DNA of 64,000 bases from Nitrospirota bacterium (GTDB lineage: Bacteria > Nitrospirota > Thermodesulfovibrionia > Thermodesulfovibrionales > UBA9159): the NCBI GenBank assembly GCA_963699545.1, contig CAVOUE010000003.1, positions 352,001 through 416,000 on the forward strand. Direction: 5' to 3'. The notes below the pieces were generated by a model. That model was given only the letters and a program-made list of their open reading frames with translations, had not been told where the DNA came from and ran no database searches. The translations under genes were made by a program, and so were the position numbers. This document shows positions 41,528 through 53,230 of this stretch, piece by piece. Positions within the stretch are counted from its first letter, which is position 1. Every line of letters starts with the position of its first letter.

Positions 41528-42880
41528 CTACGGAAATATTTTCCCCGGGTTCAGGATATTCTTCGGGTCAAAGAGTTTCTTTATTCCTTTCATCAGATTG
41601 AGTTCGCTCTGTTTTATCTCCATCCCGATATACGGAGCCTTGGTGATCCCCACTCCGTGTTCGCCGGACATGGTGCCGCCGAGACCAAGGGTTAATTTGA
41701 ATATCTCCCTCACCACTGCATCCGCTTTTTTGTATTCCTCCTCATTGGATCTGTCGACCATCAGGTTTACATGGATATTGCCGTCCCCGGCATGGCCGTA
41801 ATTCACCAGGTTGATCCCCTTATCCTCTGAGAGTTTTCTCAGCCCGATGAGCAACTGCGGGATCCTGTCCCGTGGCACTACAACATCTTCACTCATCTTT
41901 CCCGGGCAGATATGAAAAAGGGCGGGGGACACCCTTCGCCTGCATTCCCACAATCTGTTCTTTGCGGCCTCGTCCTCAGCCATCCTGACATCAGCTCCCA
42001 GTTTCATACAGATGTCTGCAATCTTCCCGGCTTCCTTCTTAATGGTCTCCGTATGGCCGTCCACTTCTATGAGAAGGAGAGCCTCCACGTCGTCCGGGAG
42101 ACCCAGGGGCTGGAACTTCTCTACGGCCCTTATAGCCGCCTTGTCCATGATTTCCAGAGTTCTCGGAATGATCCTGGAGGAAACTATGTGGGATACTGCC
42201 CTGCCGGAAGCCTCCAGGTCCGTAAAAAGACAGAGAAGGGTAAGGACGTCCTCGGGGAGAGGAAGGAGCTTCAACCGTATCTTCGTCGCTACCGCGAGAG
42301 TGCCTTCAGACCCTACGAGGAGCCTTGCAAGATCATACCCCACTACCCCTTTGTATGTCCTGACCCCGACATTGACAATATCTCCGCCGGGAAGGACAGC
42401 CTCGATCGCCATGACATAATCTCGTGTAACGCCGTATTTCAAAGCTCTCGGACCCCCTGCATTTTCCGCCACGTTCCCGCCGATGGTACAGAAATTCATG
42501 CTGGCAGGGTCAGGAGGATAAAAAAACCCGTTGCTTTCCACTTCCCTCTGAAGTCTGCCGTTAATGATGCCAGGCTCCACGAGCACCGTGAGGTTGCCCT
42601 TTTCCAGCTCCAGCAGCTTGTTCATTCTTTCCATGCTCAAAACAACAGCGCCTTTGAGCGGGACCGCACCGCCGGACATGCCCGTGCCGGCGCCTCGGGG
42701 GACCACCGGTATTCCGTATTCAGAAGCATACTTCATGATCTGAGCCACGTGTTCCGTGTTCTCCGGCCACACCACTGCGCAAGGGGCTCCTTCAATCCCG
42801 CATGCATCAAAGCCATAGCATACGAGGTCTTCAGGGTTCGAGGAGCTTTTTATGTGAGGGAGTGCGTCGAGGATGTTCAT
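41528..42880 (-). CDS. FAD-linked oxidase (GlcD/D-lactate dehydrogenase family)
   Basis: PRGAGTG, YPPDPAS, GSEGTL, HAGDGNIH, SGEHGVG. Confidence 0.92.
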   Translation of the reverse strand: MNILDALPHIKSSSNPEDLVCYGFDACGIEGAPCAVVWPENTEHVAQIMKYASEYGIPVVPRGAGTGMSGGAVPLKGAVVLSMERMNKLLELEKGNLTVLVEPGIINGRLQREVESNGFFYPPDPASMNFCTIGGNVAENAGGPRALKYGVTRDYVMAIEAVLPGGDIVNVGVRTYKGVVGYDLARLLVGSEGTLAVATKIRLKLLPLPEDVLTLLCLFTDLEASGRAVSHIVSSRIIPRTLEIMDKAAIRAVEKFQPLGLPDDVEALLLIEVDGHTETIKKEAGKIADICMKLGADVRMAEDEAAKNRLWECRRRVSPALFHICPGKMSEDVVVPRDRIPQLLIGLRKLSEDKGINLVNYGHAGDGNIHVNLMVDRSNEEEYKKADAVVREIFKLTLGLGGTMSGEHGVGITKAPYIGMEIKQSELNLMKGIKKLFDPKNILNPGKIFP

Positions 42881-42907
42881 CGTATGAACCCCATCAAATG
42901 AAGAATC

Positions 42908-45900
42908 TTAAGACTCCACAAGCTGCATCGAAATAACCTTCGAGACACCAGGCTCTTCCATGGTTATCCCGTAAAGATAGTCAGCTGCTTCCATCGTTGC
43001 CCTGCTGTGGGTCACCACGATGAACTGTATGTTCCCGGCGAGTTCCCGGAGCATCCTCGCAAATCGGTCGATGTTGGACTCATCAAGTGCAGCATCCACC
43101 TCATCGAGGATACAGAGGGGGGAAGGTTTAATGAGAAAACTCGCAAACAGAAGAGACAGGGCGGTAAGGGCCTTCTCGCCACCTGAGAGGAGGGATATGT
43201 TCTGCAGTTTCTTCCCGGGCGGCTGTACGATAATATCTATGCCGGAATCGAGGATGTTGTTTTCATCCGTGAGGACGAGGCCGGCTTTTCCTCCGCCGAA
43301 GAGAAGGACGAATACCTCTGAGAACTTGGCATTGAGCTGATCAAAAGCGTCCCTGAGTTTCTTCCGGGTCGTACTGTTTATCTTGGTGATCGCCTCTTCC
43401 AGTTCCGCAATGGACTTGTTGAGATCATCCTGCTGCTGCGTGAGGAACTCGTAACGCGTCTTCAGTTCTTCATACTCATCGAGGGAGCCGAGGTTCACCG
43501 GGCCCAGTTCCTGGATCTTTGTCCTTATCTCGAGAAGCCGCTCTTCGTCCTGCGGGGACACAGGCTCTGCCTCAAAGGTCGCGATTTCGACGCCGTAATT
43601 CTGACCGATGACCCCTGAGACGGTTTCGATCTTCAGGCGATGTTCAGCTATGGAAATGTCTGCTTCATTGATCGCGGAGGTCAGGGAATCCAGCCTGCTG
43701 CGGTGTGCTTTGGACTCCTGCTCCGCCTTGATCAGCTCCTCGGACTCGTTGCGTATGACCTCCCTGCTCTCCGTTATCACGGTTTTGAGGCCGTCCGCTC
43801 TCAGAACAAGTCCTCTGAGCCTGCTGTCGTTCTTTGCGATCTCTTCGCTGCACTGTAGTATCCTTACCCCTGTGCCGGATTGCTCCTGTGCCAGCGTTTC
43901 CCGGGTTCTTGCCAGGTCGGCAAGTGTTTCCACGGAAGATTCCATCTCTTTCCTGATGGATTCTATCCGCTCTCGGGAGGTGTTCAGCGCCAATCTCAGA
44001 TCTGTAATGGATGCCCGTTCCGCTTCATAGCGCTCTTTGTTCCTCGCTATTTCATCCTGTATGGCGGTTACAAAGAGCTCAACCTCACTCTTTTTTGCCA
44101 TCATCCGTTCCGCTTCTGATTCCTTTTCCGATACGATGGCTTTCAGCGATTCCGTTTCCCTCAGGGTCTCGCCCCTTTCGATACTGAGGAAGGAGAGTTT
44201 ACGATTCATCCTCTCTTTATCCTCATTCCGGTTTTCGGCGGTCAATCTGAGGAGGGATATCTCTTTTTCCGCATCGATTATCGCCGACTCGATATCTTTC
44301 AGGGAACCCTGCTTTTCCAGGAGAGAGGTCTCGCCCGTCTCTAATGTCTCCCCGAGGCGCCCCATCTCACTCTTCTTATCCTCAATAAGGACGTCCAGCT
44401 CCCGTATCTCCCTCTTCCTTTTCAGTATCCCTTTCCCCTCGCCTATGAAGACCGCTCCCGACGGTTCAACGACCTCGCCGTCCAGGGTCACAAAAGTGGA
44501 TCGGGCATGCCCGCGACCGTCCGGTTCCCGGAGAAGGGAAAAAGCCGTATGGAGATCCCTGACCACCGTGATATCGTTCAGGAAACTTTTCAGAACCACC
44601 GGGATGTCGTCACCCTCGGAGTGGATGCGCACAAGGTCGCTCGCTTTTCCCACTATCGCGCCGCTACTGATGTCCCCCGCACGTTCAGAGGGGTCATTCA
44701 TCGCAGCGGACGGCATAGTGAGGGGGACAAAGGCCGTTCTTCTCATCCCCTTTCCCTTAAGAGAGGGGACGGCAGCCGAGATATCGTCAAGGGACTGAAC
44801 AATAAAGCCGTTTATCTTATCAAACAACGCGTTCTCAATGGCCTTTTCGTATGCCTCGTCAACATCGATAACCTCTGCGACAGACGCTATGATCCGAAGA
44901 TCCTCCGCAAGGGATTCCCTGGGGAGGTCTTCATGCATTATCTCCCGAAGGGAGTCCAGCCGTGAGGATGCCGAAGCGAGCTCCTCACGGACCCGTACTA
45001 TCGCATTCCGTGAATCTTCTGCCTTTGTCCTGTATTCCTCTATATCAGCGCTGAGGACCCTTGCCTGTTCGTTCAGGAGGAGGAGTTCATTGTTCTCACT
45101 GATGAGCGTTCCATCGGTCTCCCGGATGCTCGTCTCTATCCGTGAGAGCTGTTCCCTCGCTGCCTCGGACTCCTTTAGTGTTGCAGCGTGTTTTCTTTCG
45201 AGGTTCTCAATGGAGGTCAGTACCCTGCCCATCTCGTTCCTGCGATGGCTTATGTCTTCCGCTATCCTGAAGATCTCTCTCCTCTTCGCCTCTGTGGTCT
45301 CTTCCTGCTCGGAAAGCGAGTTCTCCATGACCTTGACGGCCTCGTTCTTCTCCGCCAGTTCCTGCCTGAGGTTTTCGACTTCAGAACCCAGATCCCCTCC
45401 CGCAGTTTCCAGTTCCTTTTTCCGGCTTTCTGTCGCAGCGGTCCTCTGGATAACATCCGACTCCTGCAGGGCGAGCTTCGTAACGTACTCCGTAAGGTTG
45501 GCCCTTTCCGTGGTCGACACCGCGATGACCCGCTCGGTCTCCGCGATTTCTCTTTCTAGCCCCCGGAGGTCAAGGGTGAGCGCGTCAAGGGATTTTTCTT
45601 TATCAAGAAGCTCTATCCGCTTCGTCTCGATAGCGTTCTCGATCGTGCTCAGTTCCGCTCTGACCACGGATTCTGTTTCCCGGAGAGAGGAGGCATCGGC
45701 CAGGGATCTTGTCCAGGGAGTTCCTGAGGTCCGAGTAATCCCTCTTCGCTATCTTCAGCTCGATGGACGTCATCTCAGCGGTGAGCTTCTTATATCGTTC
45801 TGCCTTCTTGACCTGCCTGTCCAGGGAATTGATCTGCCGCTTCACCTCTGTAATAATGTCGTTCACCCTCTGCAGGTTCATTCGGGAAGATTCAAGCTTG

Positions 45901-46443
45901 GAGAGCGCTTCTGCCTTTCTGACCTTGTATTTCATGACGCCCGCCACCTCTTCGATCAGGAACCTTCTCTCCTGGGGCTTAGCGTTGAGTATCTCTCCTA
46001 TCCTTCCCTGCTCCAGGATGGAATAACTTTTTATTTCAAGACCCGTGTCAAGAAAGAGGTCTTTGATATCCTTGAGCCGACACTGGCTCCGGTTGATCAG
46101 ATATTCGCTTTCGCCCGAACGGTACAGTTCTCCTTGCCACCGACGTGAGGCTCTGGGAGTCTCCGTTGCCCTGCTCAGGGGAATCAAAGGAAAGGAGGAG
46201 ATTCACCTCGGACATTCCCCTCGGGTTTTTTGTGGAGGAACCGTTAAAAATGATCTCCTCCATCTTTTCTCCTCTCAGGCTTTTGGCGCTCTGCTCGCCC
46301 AGGACCCAGCGGAAGGAATCCACGATGTTGCTCTTCCCGGCGCCATTGGGTCCAACGATACACGTGATCCCGGGGTGAAGCTGGAACGTGGTCTTTTCAG
46401 CAAAGGATTTGAAGCCGATCAGCTCAATCTTTTCTATGCGCAT
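42908..46443 (-). CDS. smc: Chromosome segregation protein SMC (frameshifts near 46140 and 45700)
   Basis: GFKSF and GPNGAGKSN at the N-terminus, hinge VTLDGE, LSGGEK and LDEVDAALD at the C-terminus. Confidence 0.93.
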
Positions 46444-46607
46444 AGCAATCCTGTCATTGAATTATTTCCGGAATTTTTTAGTATAACCTCTGCCGGAGGG
46501 TTATGACAAGCGTATATTTTTAAGTAACCGAACGCTCTCATGCCTCGCTTACCGGCATGGGTAACAGATAAATAAGCAAATATGATTTATAGATTAAATT
46601 TTTTAAT

Positions 46608-46637
46608 TTGACCGTACACTTATGCATGTATTACCCT
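46608..46637 (+). promoter_or_regulatory. Putative dsrA promoter with TACA-N8-TGTA in the spacer
   Basis: TTGACC-18 bp-TACCCT; same layout as 52068-52097. Confidence 0.6.
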
Positions 46638-46708
46638 TTATCAATTTCATCCCCAGTCCTATTCTGTGCGTATAAGGGTCGGAAGGATCAAAATAAAAGG
46701 AGGATTTT

Positions 46709-47893
46709 ATGTCAAAGAAGTATCAGACTCCACTGTTGGACGAGCTTGAAAAAGGCCCGTTCCCCAGCTTCGTGACGGAGATCAAGAAAGCGGCCGTAAA
46801 GAGTGAAATGGCTGCTGACGAGCTCGGACAGCTCGAAAAGTCTTACAGGGACAGACGCGGTTACTGGAAACACGGCGGTATTGTCGGCGTGAGAGGGTAT
46901 GGATCAGGTATCATCGGGAGATATTCTTCGTTGCCCGAGGAGTTCCCGAACGTCGCCCACTTTCACACTGTGAGAATCAACTCGATATCCGGGTTCTTCT
47001 ACACCTCGAAATTTCTGAAAGAGATGTGCGATATCTGGGACAAGTACGGGAGCGGACTTACCAACATCCACGGTTCTACCGGCGATATGGTCCTTCTCGG
47101 TACGACAACTGAAAACCTGGAACCGATATTCGCCGAGTTCTCCTCCAGAGGCTGGGACCTTGGTGGTTCAGGCTCTGCATTGAGGACGCCGAGCTGCTGC
47201 GTCGGACCGGCACGGTGTGAGTGGTCGAACATAAACACCCTCGATATCAACTACGCGATAACGCAGGAATGGCAGGACGAGATGCACAGGCCGGCGTTCC
47301 CGTATAAATTCAAGTTCAAGACGGCGGGATGCGCGGTCGACTGCATCGCGTCCATAGCACGTGCAGATTGCTCGATCATCGGGACATGGAAGGGCAAAAT
47401 AGCCGTAGATCAGGGCGAAGTCGCCAACTACGCAAAGAAGGGCATGAACATTTCGGAAGAGATCGTGAACAAGTGCCCGAGCAAATGTATGAGCTACGAT
47501 GGCAAGGAGCTGAAGATCGCTGATGAAGACTGCGTGCGCTGCATGCACTGTATCGCAAAGATGACGAAGGCGTTGAAACCAACCGGCGAAAAAGGCGCAA
47601 CCATCCTTATCGGCAGCAAGGCGCCCTTTGTTATCGGAGCAACCCTTTCCTGGGTCATCGTGCCTTTCATAAAGATGGAGCCCCCCTATACCGAATTTAA
47701 AGATCTGATAAGGAAAATGTGGGAATTCTGGGATGAATACGGCAAGAACAGGGAGAGGATCGGCGAGCTGATCATCAGAAAGGGAATGAGAGAGTTCCTT
47801 GAGTTTATCGGAGTGGCTCCCGTTCCTCAGCAGGTGAAGGAGCCGAGGAGGGACCCGTTCTTCTTCTGGACCGAAGAAGATCTGAAGCACTAA
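46709..47893 (+). CDS. dsrA: Dissimilatory sulfite reductase alpha subunit
   Basis: [16 protein letters not shown]...C..DC siroheme-[4Fe-4S] motif, CVRCMHC. Confidence 0.98.
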   Translation: MSKKYQTPLLDELEKGPFPSFVTEIKKAAVKSEMAADELGQLEKSYRDRRGYWKHGGIVGVRGYGSGIIGRYSSLPEEFPNVAHFHTVRINSISGFFYTSKFLKEMCDIWDKYGSGLTNIHGSTGDMVLLGTTTENLEPIFAEFSSRGWDLGGSGSALRTPSCCVGPARCEWSNINTLDINYAITQEWQDEMHRPAFPYKFKFKTAGCAVDCIASIARADCSIIGTWKGKIAVDQGEVANYAKKGMNISEEIVNKCPSKCMSYDGKELKIADEDCVRCMHCIAKMTKALKPTGEKGATILIGSKAPFVIGATLSWVIVPFIKMEPPYTEFKDLIRKMWEFWDEYGKNRERIGELIIRKGMREFLEFIGVAPVPQQVKEPRRDPFFFWTEEDLKH

Positions 47894-47927
47894 ACGTATA
47901 AAGTTTAATAATACAAGGAGGAAGATT

Positions 47928-48998
47928 ATGTCAGCACCACAGAGAAAAACAGATATAGGGCCCCCTCACTATAAGGATTTCCTGCCGCCCGTTATTCAGA
48001 AGAATTATGGTGACTGGAAATACCACGAGGTCATAAATCCCGGTGTCATGGTCCATGTTGCCAACGGCGGGGACAAGATCTGGTCGGTGAGGGTCGCTTC
48101 ACCAAGACTCCTCAGCACTGTCACCATCAGGGATCTCGCCGATATGGCGGAAAAGTACTGCGGCGGGCACATCAGATTTACGACGAGGAATAATGTGGAG
48201 CTTCTCGTTTCGGACGAGAAGAACCTCGAGCCGCTCCAGAAGGAGCTGAAGAGCAAGAAATATATGGTCGGCGGGATCGGGCCACGGATAAGCAATATCG
48301 TCCATACGCAGGGATGGATACATTGCCATTCGGCATGCACCGACGCGTCGGGTATTGTGAAAGTGCTCATGGACGAATTTGCCGATTATTTCACAACGAA
48401 AGAGACCCCGAACAAGGTGAGGCTTGCTGTCGCCTGCTGCGTGAATATGTGCGGCGCGGTGCACTGCTCGGACATCGCTGTGGTAGCGATCCACAGGAAA
48501 CCGCCGACGATCGACCACACAAGGGTTCCCAATGTCTGTGAGGTGCCGTCGACGATCGCGTCATGCCCCACCGGCGCAATCAGCCCGGATCCGGCGAAAA
48601 AGAGCGTCAAGATAAACGCGGACAAGTGCATGTACTGCGGGAACTGCTTCACCGTATGTCCGCCCATCGAGATTCACGACCCTGCATATGACGGCGTTGC
48701 GATCGTGGTCGGCGGCAAGGTGGGGAACCTCAGGTCCAATCCGAAATTCTCGAAGCTCGCTGTTCCCTTTATCAAGAACAATCCTCCGCGCTGGCCGGAA
48801 GTTACCGCGGCGGTAAGGAAGATTTTTGACGCCTACATGGCAGGGGCCCACAAGCATGAGAGGGTCGGAGAATGGGTTGAGAGAATCGGCTGGGAAAAGT
48901 TCTTTAAGATCACTGCCTTGCCCTTCACCTTCCAGCACATCGATGACTTTACGATCGCGCGAGAGACCTTCCGGACAACAGCAACGTTTAAGTGGTAA
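47928..48998 (+). CDS. dsrB: Dissimilatory sulfite reductase beta subunit
   Basis: [33 protein letters not shown]. Confidence 0.98.
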   Translation: MSAPQRKTDIGPPHYKDFLPPVIQKNYGDWKYHEVINPGVMVHVANGGDKIWSVRVASPRLLSTVTIRDLADMAEKYCGGHIRFTTRNNVELLVSDEKNLEPLQKELKSKKYMVGGIGPRISNIVHTQGWIHCHSACTDASGIVKVLMDEFADYFTTKETPNKVRLAVACCVNMCGAVHCSDIAVVAIHRKPPTIDHTRVPNVCEVPSTIASCPTGAISPDPAKKSVKINADKCMYCGNCFTVCPPIEIHDPAYDGVAIVVGGKVGNLRSNPKFSKLAVPFIKNNPPRWPEVTAAVRKIFDAYMAGAHKHERVGEWVERIGWEKFFKITALPFTFQHIDDFTIARETFRTTATFKW

Positions 48999-49070
48999 CA
49001 TAGCAGAGTAAGGAAGGGGGGGGACATTTCCCCCCCTCTATTATTAACTACGTTTAAACGGGGTGGCAGG

Positions 49071-49286
49071 ATGGAAAAAGAGGAAGTAAAACAGAAAATA
49101 TATGCGCTGATTGAAAAATCGGTAGGGAAGAAGAAACTGAAATCTTCTGATATTCAGAAGACCATATCTGCAGAAGCCGGCATTTCGAGGGATGAAGTAA
49201 AGGACGCATTAAAGGATCTCGTTGATGAGGGGAAACTCATCTACACGTATTTCGGCGGCAGTTTCGTAGAGATTCCTCCACAATAG
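49071..49286 (+). CDS. dsrD: DsrD-like small winged-helix protein
   Basis: 71 aa directly after dsrB; KKKLK...LKDLVDEGKLIYTYFGGS. Confidence 0.8.
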   Translation: MEKEEVKQKIYALIEKSVGKKKLKSSDIQKTISAEAGISRDEVKDALKDLVDEGKLIYTYFGGSFVEIPPQ

Positions 49287-49303
49287 CAAGCAGGCGATTT
49301 ATC

Positions 49304-49343
49304 AAAAAAAGGCAGTCCATTCATTGAGTGAACTGCCTTTTTT
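49304..49343 (+). terminator. Intrinsic terminator after dsrD
   Basis: aaaaaaaggcagt...actgcctttttt. Confidence 0.75.
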
Positions 49344-49514
49344 GTATTCCTTCGACCCGCAGCCCTTGGGCATTCCATGAACGGCTATCACCTGTCTTTT
49401 GGAGTGCGTAGCTCCCACGACAGCCAGCGGTCCTGGAGTTGGACAGGGCGAGGGGAGCGGGTTCTCCCTATCATGACCGTACCCGGTTTTTGGCACGATT
49501 GGTTATAATAAAAA

Positions 49515-50954
49515 ATGTCCCATAATTATCCGAGGTTGGTCATTGCCGGGCTGAAAGGCGGCTCGGGTAAGACGACACTGTCCCTTGGGTTGGTCAGGGC
49601 TTTGAAAAGAAAGGGCCTGAAGGTTGTGCCCTTCAAGAAGGGCCCTGATTATATTGATGCAGGCTGGCTTGCCGCCGCGGCAGAACATCCCTGCTACAAT
49701 CTCGACCCTTTCCTTGTCGGGAGTGACCGCCTGTTGTCCTCCTTTATGGCCCACGCAGAGAATTCGGATATCACCATCATTGAGGGGAACAGAGGACTGT
49801 ATGACGGCATGGATGCAGAAGGAACGTACAGTACCGCTGAAGTCGCAAAGCTCCTTCGCTCGCCAGTCATTCTCGTTGTCGATTGCACGAAAGTCACCCG
49901 CACGGTTGCGGCGCTGATTCTCGGAGCACAGAGATTTGACCCCCAGGTTGTCATACGCGGTGTTGTTCTGAACCAGATCGCGGGGAGCAGGCATGAATCG
50001 GTGATACGGACCTCCATAGAGAACTACTGCGGGCTTCCCGTGCTTGGAGCAATTCCGAGAAGCGATGTGGGCGAGTTCCCTGAACGGCATATGGGGTTGT
50101 TGCCCCATCAGGAGCATCCCGATACCGCGAAGGCTATTTCCTTTGTTGAGGAGATCGCCAGGAGGTATCTTGATCTCGACGGTATCCTGAAGATCGCAAG
50201 GAGCGTTGAGCCTGTAAGCTCAGGACAATGGACAAAGGGCAGGGGGCAGGGGGAAGACCGGCAAACCCCTCCGGACCACAGCCTATCGACCCGGATAAGG
50301 ATCGGCGCGATAAGGGATTCTGCTTTCCAGTTCTATTACCCGGAAAACTTCGAAGAGCTGAAGAAATGCGGGGCCGATATTGTCGAAATAAGCGCACTTT
50401 CAGAGAGGGAGCTACCCGATATCGATGCCCTCTATATAGGGGGTGGGTTCCCGGAAACCCATGCCATTTCACTTGCAGACAATATCCGGTTCCGTGACTC
50501 TCTCCGGAAGGCAGTCGGGGAAGGTCTCCCGGTATATGCCGAATGCGGCGGCCTTATGTACCTTGGTGAAGGACTTTTGCTCAACGAAAGGACATACCCC
50601 ATGGCGGGTATCTTTCCCTTGGTTTTTTCCCTTGAGAAAAAAACGCAGGCCCACGGATATTCTATTGCGGAAGTGGTGAAGAAAAACCCTTTTTATCCTG
50701 AAGGAACGATTTTAAAGGGTCATGAGTTCCATTATTCGAAACCTCACAATGTCGTCGAGGAAACGAACGGGTTTTCCTATGCCTTCAGGATGAAACGGGG
50801 GCAGGGGATACAGGGAAAGAGGGATGGTATCTGCTATAAGAATGTCCTTGCCACATATACACACCTCCACGCCTTTGGCGCACCGGAGTGGGCCGAAGGT
50901 CTGGTAAGGCAGGCAGCAGAATTTAAGGGAAAGAAGGCATTAGGAAAGGCCTGA
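49515..50954 (+). CDS. dsrN: Siroheme amidase DsrN (CbiA/CobB family)
   Basis: GGSGKT, KKGPDYID, ERHMGL, AECGG, HEFHYS; dsr context. Confidence 0.9.
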   Translation: MSHNYPRLVIAGLKGGSGKTTLSLGLVRALKRKGLKVVPFKKGPDYIDAGWLAAAAEHPCYNLDPFLVGSDRLLSSFMAHAENSDITIIEGNRGLYDGMDAEGTYSTAEVAKLLRSPVILVVDCTKVTRTVAALILGAQRFDPQVVIRGVVLNQIAGSRHESVIRTSIENYCGLPVLGAIPRSDVGEFPERHMGLLPHQEHPDTAKAISFVEEIARRYLDLDGILKIARSVEPVSSGQWTKGRGQGEDRQTPPDHSLSTRIRIGAIRDSAFQFYYPENFEELKKCGADIVEISALSERELPDIDALYIGGGFPETHAISLADNIRFRDSLRKAVGEGLPVYAECGGLMYLGEGLLLNERTYPMAGIFPLVFSLEKKTQAHGYSIAEVVKKNPFYPEGTILKGHEFHYSKPHNVVEETNGFSYAFRMKRGQGIQGKRDGICYKNVLATYTHLHAFGAPEWAEGLVRQAAEFKGKKALGKA

Positions 50955-51010
50955 ATCATGACGTGATCTTGTTCTCCACGCCTGGTTCCCTGGTGTGGGC
51001 GAGGAGGAAT

Positions 51011-51663
51011 TTGTCGGCTTCTCTGAAAGAAGAGATCAAGAAGGCTCTGCTCGAAAGGGATTTTGAGAAGGTAGCGCAACGTGCCCTTGCTGACAAGAAG
51101 GTGTTCCGCATGCTGATTTCTTTGGCCTATGACAAGGAGGAGCTGCTCTGCTGGAGGACGATCGAGGCTGTGGGAAGGGCTGCGGGAGCCGTTGCGGGGA
51201 AAGATCCTGCAATGGTGAGGGATATCGTTCAGCGACTCATATGGTCGGTGAGAGAGGAGTCCGGGGGATCGGTTGGAGCGCGCTTGAGATGCTGGGGGAG
51301 ATAGCCATAAATAGCCCGCACACCTGTGGGGACATTCCCCCGATCATTCTTTCATTCCATGAGGAAGAAAGCTTACTGAAAGGAGTACTGTGGGCTATGG
51401 GAAGGATCGTCCATTCAGGCCTCAACGGGACCGAGGGGACGTATGAGGTCGCAAGAAAAGCGCTTGACCACAAAGACCCTGCAGCGAGGGGCCTTGCACT
51501 CCGCGCGATTCCAGCAGCCAGGATCGCGGAGACTGCGGCCACGATCAGGGGCATGATGTATGACGAAGGGCGATTTGCTCTGTACGAGGACCATGAACTG
51601 GTCGAGACACGTGTGGGTGATATCGCAAAAAAGGTATTGGACGATCGAAGGAAAGAGGGGTAG
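51011..51663 (+). CDS. HEAT-repeat-like protein (DVU0298-like, from memory); frameshift in a G run near 51265
   Basis: Joined frames give RLIWSVREESGGIGWSALEMLGEI; GAGGAGG RBS before the TTG at 51011. Confidence 0.7.
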
Positions 51664-51664
51664 A

Positions 51665-52027
51665 TTGAGGCATAAAATAAGGGAAGACAAGGATGAAACG
51701 GCGAAATGCCCTTTTTGCGCCGCTATGATCGTGGCTCCCGAGGAGATAAAGACAGAGTCAGGGGGATTTATCGGCGGCAGGTGTGAGTGCGGGGCTGTCT
51801 ACGTGTGCGACCCCACGGGGCATAATGTGGGAGAGGCGTATCTTGATGCACTTACGTACGCCTGCGGTGAAGATGTTATGACGTTTGACTCTCTGAACAG
51901 CGGGGAAAACTACCGCGAGGCTGTGTTCAACTATGACATGAGAGCTCATAAATTGCGCGAGATCAGGGACATCCGAAGGGATTATTCCTGCAAGATCATC
52001 TTCATAAGAGTGGGGCCAAAATTATAA
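51665..52027 (+). CDS. Cys-rich hypothetical protein
   Basis: CPFC...GRCECGAVYVCDPTGHNVG. Confidence 0.7.
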   Translation: MRHKIREDKDETAKCPFCAAMIVAPEEIKTESGGFIGGRCECGAVYVCDPTGHNVGEAYLDALTYACGEDVMTFDSLNSGENYREAVFNYDMRAHKLREIRDIRRDYSCKIIFIRVGPKL

Positions 52028-52067
52028 AATAATAAACGACACAAATTAGCCGATAAGTTATTTTTAT

Positions 52068-52097
52068 TTGACCATACAGGTGCTATTGTATTATTGT
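52068..52097 (+). promoter_or_regulatory. Putative dsrC promoter with ATACA-N8-TGTAT in the spacer
   Basis: TTGACC-18 bp-TATTGT. Confidence 0.6.
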
Positions 52098-52211
52098 GTA
52101 TAACTTGCTCGGAGTTCGATTTGTCAGGCAGGTGATATAGAGCGGAGCACTCGGGCACCCGTCGAGTGAGAAAGATCTAAATACAAAGTTCAGCGAAAGG
52201 AGGAGTTTGAT

Positions 52212-52547
52212 ATGCCAACAATGGATTTTCAGGGAAAGCAGTACGAGATTGACGAGGACGGATATCTTGTCAACCTTGATGACTGGAACAAGGAGCTCGC
52301 AGACCACATCGCAAAGTTAGAGGAAATTCAGATGACCGATGCTCATTGGGAGGTAGTAAACTTCCTGAGAGATTATTACCAGAAGTATCAGATTGCACCG
52401 ATGATAAAGATCCTGGTAAAGGAGATTGGCAAGGTCATGGGGCCTGAGAAAGGGAACACAAAATACCTTTATGAGCTCTATCCGGGAGGACCTGCAAAGC
52501 AGGCATGTAAGATCGCCGGGCTCCCGAAGCCGACAGGTTGCGTATAG
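52212..52547 (+). CDS. dsrC: DsrC
   Basis: DEDGYL; GPAKQACKIAGLPKPTGCV with both C-terminal cysteines. Confidence 0.97.
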   Translation: MPTMDFQGKQYEIDEDGYLVNLDDWNKELADHIAKLEEIQMTDAHWEVVNFLRDYYQKYQIAPMIKILVKEIGKVMGPEKGNTKYLYELYPGGPAKQACKIAGLPKPTGCV

Positions 52548-52656
52548 GCAGCGAACACATAGGAAGTAGGAACTCCTGGCATCTGCCCTTCTCTCCTTCT
52601 GTTAAGCCGTGCCTCTTTTCCTACTTCTTTCCTTTCACTCTAAGGGGGAAGACGGG

Positions 52657-53178
52657 GTGAGCAGAGACGTACGGGATCTCCTATCGGAGAAGAAATCCGT
52701 CCTACTGGAACGATGGTTTGATATAGTCCTGGAGACGTATCCATCCGATTCATCTGGTTTCCTCAAGAATAAGAAAAAGCAGTTCGCAAACCCGGTCGGA
52801 CACACGATTTCCAAGGGTCTTGAAGATCTTCTGGATGAGCTTCTCCAGGAGCGGGCAATGGATGTTGAAAAGGTATCTTCCGCCCTCGAAAACATCATAA
52901 AGATCAGGGCAGTTCAGGACGTGCCTCCCTCGCGTGCACTTGCATTCGTGTTTCGCCTCAAGACCCTGTTGAGAGAGGAAATGGGGAGTGGGGGGCGTTC
53001 ACCTTCGGAAGAGATCGGGGCCCTTGAATCCAGGATAGAATCGATGGCCCTCATCTCCTTCGATCTCTTTATGAAATGCAGGGAGAAGATTTACGACCTG
53101 AAAGCGAACGAACTGAGAAACATGACGTTCAGGCTGTTGCAAAAGGCGAAGCTGGTATGTGAGATTCCCGGTGAGTAG
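52657..53178 (+). CDS. dsrT: DsrT (RsbRD N-terminal domain)
   Basis: FANPVG, IKIRAVQD, CREKIY; directly before dsrM. Confidence 0.88.
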   Translation: MSRDVRDLLSEKKSVLLERWFDIVLETYPSDSSGFLKNKKKQFANPVGHTISKGLEDLLDELLQERAMDVEKVSSALENIIKIRAVQDVPPSRALAFVFRLKTLLREEMGSGGRSPSEEIGALESRIESMALISFDLFMKCREKIYDLKANELRNMTFRLLQKAKLVCEIPGE

Positions 53179-53230
53179 CCGGATCGATAGATGGAAGTGA
53201 TCTAACTTAGAACGTAAAAGAGGTAAGACA

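Noticed and set aside
41912-46148. Long plus-strand ORFs (41912..42901, 44037..44798, 44838..46148)
   Set aside because: Antisense shadows of the FAD oxidase and smc genes with no protein motifs.
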